DNA of 63,232 bases, filler included, from Ionaspis alba (taxonomy: Eukaryota): NCBI GenBank assembly GCA_964255285.1. It is 5 parts of 5 records of this genome, joined end to end, with 100 filler letters (N's around TTAATTAATTAA, not from the genome) between each part and the next. Parts side by side here need not be neighbours in the genome. Positions count along the whole stretch, not along the records: positions 1 to 12,593 come from CAXUUL010000500.1; 4 more parts are not named here. One strand, given 5' to 3'. A program made the translations under genes and the position numbers. Below, piece after piece: positions 1-10,000 of this stretch. Below the pieces are notes generated by a model. The model saw only the letters and a list, made by a program, of their open reading frames with translations. It was not told where the DNA came from and did not search any database. The stretch's first letter is position 1. Every line of letters begins with the position of its first letter.

Positions 1-519
1 TGTCTTCATCTTTCGGAGCGCTTGATACCCTTTCAGATGGCGTTGATATGAATGTATCAACGCTTGATCTTAATGCTATGGTGAAGCAACCTGTCTCTCC
101 GGCGCTTGAGAAGGAGAGCTTTATGGCTAAGCATCTCAACGATGATAGCTCTTGCTCGAAGTCATTGATTTGGACAAAGTCATTCACCGGGAAAGCCCCT
201 GAAGAGTTGAATCATGCTTGTTTATTGATATTTGAATGTCAAGCATGGCAAATTCCGTCCAACCATAATATAAATGAGTGTTGAATAATTTTACTTAGCC
301 CGATTGGTTCGAGCTGGCGGCATTATCAATACTGCTAAACCCTACTCGCTTCACTCGTTCTGCTACAATTAACCCATTGCTACAATAGCCTCCTCACCGC
401 ATCTGAGCTGAAATTTTGCAAGCGTAAGCTCTACCTCCTTCATCTACTTCCTCCAGTCTCAAAGCTTTTCGCAGCTACTACCTGAGCACCCAGACTCTGA
501 ATCTGCCAGCTGTGTTGCC

Positions 520-1796
520 ATGGACTCTCCGATGGGCTCCGCACTACCCAAGAACTCATCGTACATGCCACACGAGTGGCCAGAGAACGAATTCTTCGAC
601 CAAATAGCGGACCAGCTGATTGCTGCGGCACAGAGAATTCATTCGCGTAACCTTTCCTGGGAAGTGCTAAAGAATAGCTCAGTATCGAAGAAGAATAGCC
701 CGCGTGACCGAGCTATCAGAGATGCTCAGAGCTACGAGATCTCTACAGAGAGCACTATTGTCTCAAGCAACGATGGTGTCCATTTGGCTATATATATCAA
801 GGACGCATTGTCGATATGCTTCGAGGAAGATTCTTCCCGAGATCTACGATCTTATTTTGAGCAAGCTGTCGAGGAGCTTATCAAGATCTACGAACCACCT
901 CGAGCAGCAAGACATGACCCCCGGCATCGCACAAAGAATGCTAATGGGGACGATATTCCTCTTGGACTGGTTGGTCCCCAAGAACTCCAAGAGATTCGGA
1001 GACAAGAATGCTAACATCATATTAGTTCCACTTGGCCTATTGGAAGATGAGTGGCCACGCCCATGGTCCTCCTGAGCTATCGTCCGACCTCAGACCCCGA
1101 AGCCAGAAAAAGCAAGAGGCGATGAATACTTTCATGAAGCACTATGCCCCGGTAGCGCAGGCTGTTGGGATGTGGTTCAAAAAGCTGGATCCTGAAACAT
1201 ACGAACGATATCACAGCTTCTACAACCAAATGGCCGAGAAAGGTAACCTTGGCTCTCTGCACCAGTGTCGTCGTGGGACATACATTGGTCTGGCCCTACT
1301 CATCAACAAGATTGTGAATCCACATACAGACTCGAACGACGTAAGATGGGGCTGGGTCAACTCTCTTTGCTGGGGACAGTTCGAAGGCGCCAATCCGGTC
1401 TACCCTGACCTCCGGAGAATTTTCGTGCAAAAGCCGCTGGATCTATTGATGACTCGTGCTCCTGTGCTTGAGCATTGGAACACAGATCTGATTGCGGGAC
1501 AAAGATATTGTACCGTTTTCTTTTCGAAAGCCAATGTCATGGATCCGAAAGCTGCGCCTCACGTTTGCGAATACTGTCCAAGCGCTTATGCCACAGCGCA
1601 CGATCTACAGCGGCACTGCCAATTGATAGTCCGTGCTGCCAAAGCTGGGAAGGACATCGGTCAGCACGACATCGGAGTCTTTCGAGAAAGATACCAGTGG
1701 GACGCAAGTGGCTATCAGCAGAAATCCGTTCTACCAGCCAAGAAGATCAACAGACGCAGGACGACAGTAAGATTCAAGAAAATAGTCAGACAATAA
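520..1796 (+). CDS. TET/JBP-like 2OG-Fe(II) dioxygenase with C-terminal Zn finger (copy 1), 2 exons, ~406 aa
   Basis: Exons 520-969 and 1026-1796. The intron 970-1025 (GTTGGT..GCTAAC..TAG) splices to give GL|FHLAYWKMSGH. Contains HxD (PHTD), distal His (LEHWN) and Arg (GQRYCTVFF), followed by CEYC-x12-H-x16-H. Confidence 0.8.
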
Positions 1797-1860
1797 GAAG
1801 TATCATATGATCTTTGGTCTCTGTGCCAGGAGATAAGCACAAGGCCGATACCCTGATGAT

Positions 1861-2232
1861 TATCGACCTGTCTATACTTTTCTGGGCCACATCTTCGATC
1901 AGAAACCGACCGATCTTCCCATAACGCAGCCGTCGGTTCTGGAGCGCTAGAACACAGCATTACCACGAGGCGAGCGGTTTTGCACCGTTTTCTTCTCGAA
2001 CGACAAAGTCATGGACTCGAACCCCGGTTCCTTCAGCTGTGCTTACTGTAGTAGCACTAACAAGAACCAAGTCAACCTGACCAGACACCTGCGCAATATC
2101 ATAAAGAACGCAAAACCTTCAGATCTTGATGGTATATATCCTATTGATGGCATAAGGAAGGAATTTGGCTGGAATGAGGATGCTGTGACCGAGAAATATT
2201 TGGGCCGGTGTAAGAAATCATCCAAAGCATGA
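1861..2232 (+). pseudogene. Decayed 3' half of a TET/JBP-like gene (copy 3)
   Basis: Translation RPVYTFLGHIFDQKPTDLPITQPSVLER*NTALPRGERFCTVFFSNDKVMD..CAYC-x12-H aligns to copy 1 NPVYPDLRRIFVQKPLDLLMTRAPVLEHWNTDLIAGQRYCTVFFSKANVMD. TAG stop at 1948-1950; distal His is replaced by Arg. Confidence 0.8.
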
Positions 2233-2248
2233 CAGCTGCCTCACACCA

Positions 2249-2350
2249 GTCTTCGAGCAGTAATCCATGTATTCATATTGAAGCTCTTGTGCTCGAAAGT
2301 TAGAATGCAGATCTGGTTGCGGGACAATGATGTGCTGTCTCTCTCGAAGG
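2249..2350 (+). pseudogene. Short decayed TET/JBP-like fragment (copy 4)
   Basis: 2283-2349 resembles copy 1 at ~1458-1530 at the nucleotide level. It reads ALVLES*NADLVAGQ*CAV versus APVLEHWNTDLIAGQRYCTV, with stops at 2301 and 2328. Confidence 0.7.
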
Positions 2351-2942
2351 CGCTCGCTAAGAGGTAGCTACCACCAGTCTACCAATCTACGTGTCACTGA
2401 CAATACATTACTTAGCTGCTACTGACGAATCCCTGCTCACTATGCTCAAGCCGTGTCAACTGCAAACTATGTGCCTGCGACCACAAAGTGCGACTCTGGT
2501 GGAGACATGTAATTCCATGCTCTCTGGCATGGCAATGGCTCGAATCATGTACCACATCTTCAGAACTATAGAGCTAGATGCTGCTCTCCTCAATAAGGCT
2601 CTGGAACACAACCATAGTAAGGGCGCCCTGCTGGGCCACTGCCATAATCTATTCGCTTAATGTTTACCGTTGGGGTTTCGTTCAAGGACTTCTGTTCGTC
2701 GAGTAATTGAGATAATATTCTAGGAGTTCAAAGGACCGGCCGAATCGCGGTATATATGAGATTTAAACGATTTCGAATCGCGTCGTTTATGGTGATTCTC
2801 TTAACCCTAAGATAGAGAAGACCCGCGTTTATTTGTCGCGTTTTTATTGGAAAAGTCCCTCTCCTTATTTCTCCCCACACAGCGTCTGCATCACCCTCCT
2901 CGTTGTATTCTTTCGTCACGACACAGGCCGTCTCTCATCGTC

Positions 2943-4261
2943 ATGGAGTCGTCATTAACTCCAAGTATGCCACACGAGTTGGCGGAGAATCAGAGTTTTC
3001 TCGAGGAAGCCCGCAAGATAATCGACAGCTTCGACCATATATATATGAACGGGCTGACATGGCGCTCGATTCAGAAGGTGCCGTCAAAGAAGCGTCTTCC
3101 GACTCGAGAAGAAGCTTTGGAAGCATCGGCTTCCTATAGGGTCATTGATAGGAGCTCCTGTATCATGACCGAAGCTGGCGAGGTACTTATCTGGTACATC
3201 AGAGATGGGAAGTCTCTGTGCTTTATGGATGCCAGCCCTGAGGACCTCTGCTCCAGTACAGAGATAGCGTTCCGTGATATGACGGAGAAATATCCGCCAA
3301 GACAGCCTTCACAAAAGGACGTGAGGCACGGGAACGACTATAAACCTATTGCAAAGGAATGGGCAGAGAAGAAGAAGCACTGGGGCGTTGTAGGCATCTT
3401 AAATCGCAGCTTTCCACATTAACTGACTGCTAATACTTGTCTTAGTACCACCTGGCTTGGTGGACTGCGACAGGTCATCCCGACAAACCTCAACTCTCCT
3501 CGGATGTGGTACCTGACAACAGAAAGCACCGCGGAGCAGCAGAGAAGTTTCTGCAGACCGTTGCTCCGGAGTCGCAATCCATCGGCATGTGGCTCAAAGC
3601 AGTTGACGAGAAACAATACGATCGATATCGTGGGTCGTACACTCGATATGCCAGTCAGGGGGAGCTTGGTCCTATTCATCAGAGCAATCGGAGTGCTTTC
3701 CTGGGTATAGCAGCGCTGGTGAATAAGGCTGTAGATCCACACACAGACAAAGGAGACGTCAGGGATGGCTGGGTAGCCACAACATGCGTGGGAAATTTCG
3801 AGGGTGGCAAGTCCGTCTTCATCGGCCCAAACGTTATCATTAACCAACGGCCGGGGGATATTGTCTTCGCCCGATCAGCTCTGATGCCTCATTGGGTGAC
3901 CGACATCACTGATGGAGAGCGATACTGCCTAACATTCTTCACCAAGAAGCATGTCATGGATCCTCCAGTGTACCGGCTCAGTTGTCGGTGGTGTCGACTA
4001 CCATTCGTTGGCATTCGCAGCCTTGACCGACATCTCAAGAAAGTCATGAATCGCCAGAACGAACCGACACTCGGTGATAGATGTCATAACATCGACGAAG
4101 TTCGAAAAGCCCTCGCATGGCCAAAGCTCTTTCTGACCTTCCAAAGAATTGGAACTGAAATTAGAGAACGTATCGAGATACAAAGATACGCAGAAAAGAA
4201 GTTCCAGTTTGGAAAGGAGATTGAGGACTTAGCCAGAGAATGGATGGCAGAAGACTCTTGA
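2943..4261 (+). CDS. TET/JBP-like 2OG-Fe(II) dioxygenase with C-terminal Zn finger (copy 2), 2 exons, ~420 aa
   Basis: Exons 2943-3389 and 3446-4261. The intron 3390-3445 (GTAGGC..GCTAAT..TAG) gives WGV|YHLAWWTATGH. Contains PHTDKGD, MPHWV and GERYCLTFF, followed by CRWC-x12-H-x17-H. The N-terminus is homologous to copy 1 (MPHE.., PPR...D.RH). Confidence 0.8.
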
Positions 4262-4279
4262 GCATGGCATTACTACTGA

Positions 4280-4700
4280 CTATTGTCTCCGAAAACTTTG
4301 TTGTGAAACAGGCCAGGAAATGGATGCAGACCGAAGAGAGAGATCCCAAGAAAGTCGTTGAACCCAGTAAGCTTCCATTCCATTCCTAACATTATTGCCA
4401 AAGTCTAAGTTCATTAGGTGTGGGAATGCTTGTTCTGCTTCCACACAGAGAACTTGTGCACAATCAAGAAACAAGCCGTGCGTGGTGACAGAGTAGTCAC
4501 AGTATTAGACTATCCCTCAGGCACCATTTGAAATAGCCGATAGCTTCAGAGTATTCTGGCGAGGACTGATATCCAGCATCGCCACAAAGTCCTCGGGGTA
4601 TATCTGGTGGTTGCCATGATCAAGAAGCTCAATAAGCAGTACAAAATAGCATCAGATATCAAAAGGAATACTCAAATTTCAGAGAGCATTCTCAACCGTT
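4280..4700 (-). pseudogene. Possible decayed gene of unknown family
   Basis: One frame reads protein-like through several stops (ENAL*NLSIPFDI*CYFVLLIELLDHGNHQIYPEDFVAMLD..FLDCAQVLCVEAEQAFPHL). Stop density is close to random expectation, so support is weak. Confidence 0.3.
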
Positions 4701-5077
4701 CAAGGGCTTTACATAACAGACGAACTCCGACAAGGAGAAATACGAATAGACTCGGTTGAAGCAAAGGTCAAAGATGTTAGAGTTTGTGAGAGAGAAATCA
4801 GTTATATGAAACAGATGCCGCAATTCAAAAATTAGACCGGGGGAACGTTCGAGACTCATAGGAAACAGAACATGATCAATGACGGCAACAGATTCCAGGT
4901 TGGCAATCGGTTTGGCTCCAGAGAGTCATTTGTATACTGATTCTGACGAGATACCGCAACGCCTCGAGTCTAAAACAATGGGAGAAATGAGTCCATCCTA
5001 GCCCTTCAACTACGTGTGAATAAGAAGAGCCGCAGGCGCCATCGCCACCCGAACATGACGCCACGGAGAGGCCGTAA

Positions 5078-5870
5078 GTGGCCGTCTATCACGCAGCCAG
5101 ATCCAATGCCCACCACAACAACGTAATCAAACGGGCGTTTCTGCTCACCAAGCGGAGGGTCCATCTATGTCTTACCTACTCCAGCAACGAATCTTACGGT
5201 CTTCGGGAAGAGTATGGTATATCGCGGCCCCTTCTGACTGCTCTCCGGGATCGATTCGATGCCATAGGCCGGGACGATTCGTCGCCGCCAACAACGTGCA
5301 AGGGCAACAGCTGTTTCGCCTACTGCTTTATCTTTGTCACCGGGGATCAGATGACCGCTTGAAGTCTTCGGAGGACGCCGGGGGACTTTGGGGAGATAGG
5401 TCTTTTGTCACTCAGCTCCACCCCGATGACTTGTCTTACGGCGCGGTACCAGGCTACCAGACATGCCATGAAGCAAGGATATTGCCATAAGCTCGGATCA
5501 CTTGTCCGAGACAGGTTGACATCAAAGAAAGATATATGAATGGTCAGGTAAGGCACAGCAATTGGAGGTCTCCGGTACATAATATGGGTAAGCAGGAACG
5601 CTGGACTGAACTTATCTTCACTAACTGGACAAAGCAGTACCAGTTGACCACCATCAGTCTCTCGTCAACCAAGGTTTGCAGGCAGGCGTTTTATTGCTGT
5701 AGTGGCAGCGTGGGACGGCATTAAGGAAGGCTGGCTTGGCAAAATACGGCTAGCCTATCTACGCCTACTTTAGTGATCATGGGCCATATAGCAATGCTAC
5801 ATTTTCCGGTGTTCTTTGAATCTTAGGACTAGGGGAAAGCGGTTGCTGAAGTGAGATATTGCCTGACAAG
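5078..5870 (+). pseudogene. Fragmented relic of an uncharacterised fungal protein family (SYGxREEY motif)
   Basis: KRAFLLTKRRVHLCL..SYGLREEYGISRPLL is followed by short ORFs in shifting frames and an LGLG..Y patch near 5825-5865. The family resemblance is from memory and unverified. Confidence 0.4.
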
Positions 5871-6092
5871 AAGGGATAGCGGCTCAGCTAGTCGGCATAC
5901 AGCTTTTCGGTCGTACGAGCTTCCTCCGCAGACCCCGCCGCGAATCCCTTCAGTCGTACTTATCCAGATCGATACACTGCTCGCACACCCTATTTCATCT
6001 TAGTACCATTCATGCGGTGTTGCAAAGCTGTGCCATATATGCCTCTCGGATGTGAAACCTTGCTTCACATGACTCGAAAGACCCGTTGCATG

Positions 6093-6302
6093 ACCGCATC
6101 CAGCCCAAGACCTTAGAGAGTTCCCATTTGCATCGCCTGAATCGAGANNNNNNNNNNNNNNNNNNNNNNNNNNNNNNNNNNNNNNNNNNNNNNNNNNNNN
6201 NNNNNNNNNNNNNNNNNNNNNNNNNNNNNNNNNNNNNNNNNNNNNNNACCGCATCCAGCCCAAGACCTTAGAGAGTTCCCATTTGCATCGCCTGAATCGA
6301 GA
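6093..6302. other. 100-N scaffold gap flanked by an identical 55-bp overlap
   Basis: 6093-6147 is identical to 6248-6302; Ns occupy 6148-6247. Confidence 0.9.
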
Positions 6303-6335
6303 AGGAGTGTGTAAATATAACTCTTATCAGTTACC

Positions 6336-6513
6336 CGGTTGCCAAAATAAATGATACACCAAACGAGAGATTTAACTGGTTCGCCCTCTTAAATCCCCTG
6401 GAAGAAAAAAATTTTAGATAAATAAATCGGGGAATCTATTTGTCGTAAACGTTCCCCCGGCTGCGTAATTATGGGAACACCATTTTTTGATATACCATTT
6501 ATTTTGGCACCCG
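6336..6513. repeat. Imperfect 28-bp inverted repeat enclosing an AT-rich core (MITE-like or transposon terminus)
   Basis: 6336-6363 CGGTTGCCAAAATAAATGATACACCAAA versus the reverse complement of 6486-6513, CGGGTGCCAAAATAAATGGTATATCAAA: 24/28 identical. No clear TSD. Confidence 0.7.
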
Positions 6514-7020
6514 CGTGCCAGTATATCATTATCGAGATACTAAAAGATAGAATAGTCTAACTGAAATAGTTATAATCTGTTGTTTCGTAGTTTCTGCAAG
6601 GGACAAAATCCTGGTTGGGCCTTGTTTCTTACCTTGCGAAAAGCCGAAGGTTTAGCTCCGGCTGATTGGCGGAACGAGAATCAAAGTAAACACAACACCA
6701 CACTCCAGTATCTGCTTGCCATGCGCCACTAGGACCCCACCTTCTCAATTCCAAGGCCTTTGAAGCATTGGAGTTACCTATATCGCGTTCAGGCTGCTCT
6801 AGATTGCTCTTGCAAGTCTGTTTGCAGCCAAAGTCGCGCTGGTTGTTGTATTCCACTTCAGCTTTAGACCACCAACCGACCTCTGGCCGTCGCCGATCTG
6901 TGCGGTCGCACCAAGGCCGACTCTGCGGCCTCCTTCCATGCCATGTTCAGGCTCACCGAAAGAAAGCGAGCAAATACAGAGAAAGTATCTTGACCACATA
7001 CTGCGCACCATAAGGACGTG

Positions 7021-10000
7021 ATGGCCTACCATCTCCCACCGCGAAAACCGCAAGTAGCAGCCTATTCACCACCGCGTAATAGCCCCTTGCGACATTCATC
7101 GACAGCCTCGACTGATTCATCTGCCTACTCGAACACCTCGGATCCTTTCCTACCAAGTCGAACCAGCACAATTTCCTCAGCGGCTTCAAGCGGTTATCAG
7201 CAAGCCGCAGCAGGACACAAACGAGGAATCAGTGAGGCCGGAATGGGCTCTCCGGTCCTCGGAGCATATAACAGGAGCAATGACTCGAGTCCTGCGGGTA
7301 CATATCGGAATACTAGACAGTCCTTAAGACCGTTGCCACAACCACCAAACGACTCCGTACCCTCGACCTATAAGACTGGCCACCCGTCTTACTCGCGAGA
7401 GTCAAGCTTGGAGCCTCAACCCGTATCTCAAAACGACTACCTAGGCTACGCTAGTTCCACACCTCACCTTCATCATGGACATTCTCAATCGATGGGTCTC
7501 AGTCGGGCTGAGTCCGTAACTCCTTCCTACTCTACATCGTTACGGCAGCATGCACACCATGCGCAGTCGACTCCTCATACTTCCGCGATGGCTCCGTCTG
7601 ACCTCAAAGATCTCAAGAACTCCTCTACAAGTCACCTGCGGACCCTATCGAAGTTCGCCCAAAGCGGGACGGGTGAGGACTTCTCCATTACCGCACCCGT
7701 GCCATCTGTTGTTGGACTACAAGGTCGAAGACAATTGAAGCGGACGGACTCGACGAGTGCAAGCAGGGGTACCGTTGCTTTGAGCAATGGCTCCGGCTAT
7801 GCTTGGGCAGGTCGGAATTGGATGGATCAACAACGGCAATTTCTACAAGCTTATGAGTATTTGTGCCATATTGGAGAAGCAAAAGAATGGATAGAGGATA
7901 TCATACATAAGCCTATACCCCCAATTGTACAGCTGGAAGAGGCTTTGAGAGATGGAGTCACCCTTGCGGAGATTGTTCAGGCACTCATGCCTCAACGGAA
8001 TATCAGGATCTTTCACCATCCTCGACTCCAGTTCCGGCACTCGGACAACATTGCCGGTTTCTTCCGCTTTCTAAGCGAAGTCGAGCTGCCGGAACTATTC
8101 AGATTCGAGTTGATCGACCTTTACGAGAAAAAGAACATACCAAAAGTCATTTATTGTATACATGCTCTGTCTTGGCTATTGTATCGGAATGGTATGGTGG
8201 GGTTTCGTATTGGCAACCTGGTTGGACAATTGCAATTTGAAGACCATGAATTAGAAGCGACGCAGAAGGGTCTTGACAAGGCTGGAGTTAACATGCCAAG
8301 TTTCGCCGGTATGGGAGCTTCTTTTGGTGCGGAGCCAGAACCCGAACCCGAACCAGAGCCAATGGAATCGGAAGAAGATAGGATTGATAGGGAACTGAGC
8401 GAGAACGAGGACATGATCAACGATCTACAATCGCAGGCAAGGGGTGCAATAATCCGTTTGCGACTTGGCCTTCAGATGCAGGCGCTGTGGGACTCGGAGG
8501 AGATGCTGATCGACCTTCAAGCACGAATCCGGGGTGATTGGGCCAGGCAAATATTGGATTATCGCCTCTCCATGAGGAAGTTCGCTATCAATCTTCAAAG
8601 TGCCGCTCGAGGACATATAGTTCGAGCCCAGGAGCGTGGCAATGAGGCAAGGTGGAAAGGACATGAGGCTCAAGTCATGATCTTACAAAGTCTTATCCGC
8701 GCTAGAAGAGTGAGAGAGGAGACGCAATATGTGAGGGGTATTGCAAGACGAGAAGAGTCTGGTGTGCGGAGCTTTCAAGCGGCGATTCGTGGAGCTCTTG
8801 AGCGCAAGCGTTTCGATACTCAGTACGAACAAGCCCGAGATGCAGAGACAGGAGTGGAAACCTTACAGGCAGCTGCTCGTGGAATGCTTCAGCGACAAAA
8901 ACGCCTACAACAAGCTGCACTGCTTCGTCTATCTCAGCCGTCTGTGCTTTCTCTCCAGGCCGCTGTCCGTGGGATGAGTGCAAGGTCTGTAAAGTCACGT
9001 CAGCTTGCGAGTCTCCAGAGCAATAATGGAATATGGCGAGCAATGCAAGCAATATCGCGAGGAAAGCTAGTTAGAGGCCAGTTCCATTCGACTAGAAAGC
9101 AACTGCAATCTCACAGAAGTCAACTCTCTCTCCTTCAGGCCCATCTAAGAGGCAATGAGACGAGGCAAAATCTCAGCGCTCTCAAGTCCTCACTACTCAG
9201 CACATCAGATTCTATCTCGGCCCTTGAGGCTGCCTCTCGAGCTCACATCCTGCGCTCAAGGCAAGCTGCCGATCTCAAATTATTGTGCAGCAACACACCT
9301 CGCATCGTCTCTCTACAAGCCAAGGCCCGGGGGTGCTTGCTCAGACGGCATCAATCAGATCTGTTTGATGAGCTGATTCCTGAGCATTCTCAGATAACGC
9401 AACTCCAAGCCTTCTCGAGAGCGATGATGATCCGGATGGATGTTGGCCATCTTCTTAATCAGCTTGAAGACGAAGAATTAAGTATAGAGGCGCTGCAAGC
9501 TGCCATTCGCGGTAGGCTTGTACGAGCAGTGTTTGCCGAGAAGCAGCGTTTCTTCAAGCAGAATATGGAGAAAGTGGTCAAAGTGCAGAGCTTTGTGCGG
9601 GCCAAGCTGCAAGGTCAGGCTTACAAGAGTCTTACCAATGGCAAAAACCCACCCGTTGGGACAGTGAAAGGCTTTGTACATCTCCTGAATGATAGCGATT
9701 TCGACTTTGACGAAGAGATCGAGTTTGAGCGTCTCAGGAAGACTGTGGTACAGCACGTCCGGCAGAATGAAATGGCTGACCAGTACATCACTCAATTGGA
9801 CATCAAAATTGCTCTACTTGTCAAGAACAAAATCACCTTGGATGAAGTCGTCAAGCACCAGAAGCACTTTGGTGGATCAGTTGGTAGTCTTCTCACAAAT
9901 AGCGAGATCTCGTCGAAGGATCCTTTTGATCTCAAAGCGCTCAACAAGAACTCTAGACGGAAGTTAGAGCATTACCAAGAGCTCTTCTTCATGCTCCAGA

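Noticed and set aside
1..290. ORF 48-284 (+) and an open minus-strand frame running off the left edge
   Set aside because: No recognisable motif. It may be part of a divergent island gene but cannot be supported without upstream sequence.
6093..6302. 55-bp direct repeat resembling an LTR or TSD
   Set aside because: It exactly flanks a 100-N gap, typical of an unmerged contig overlap.
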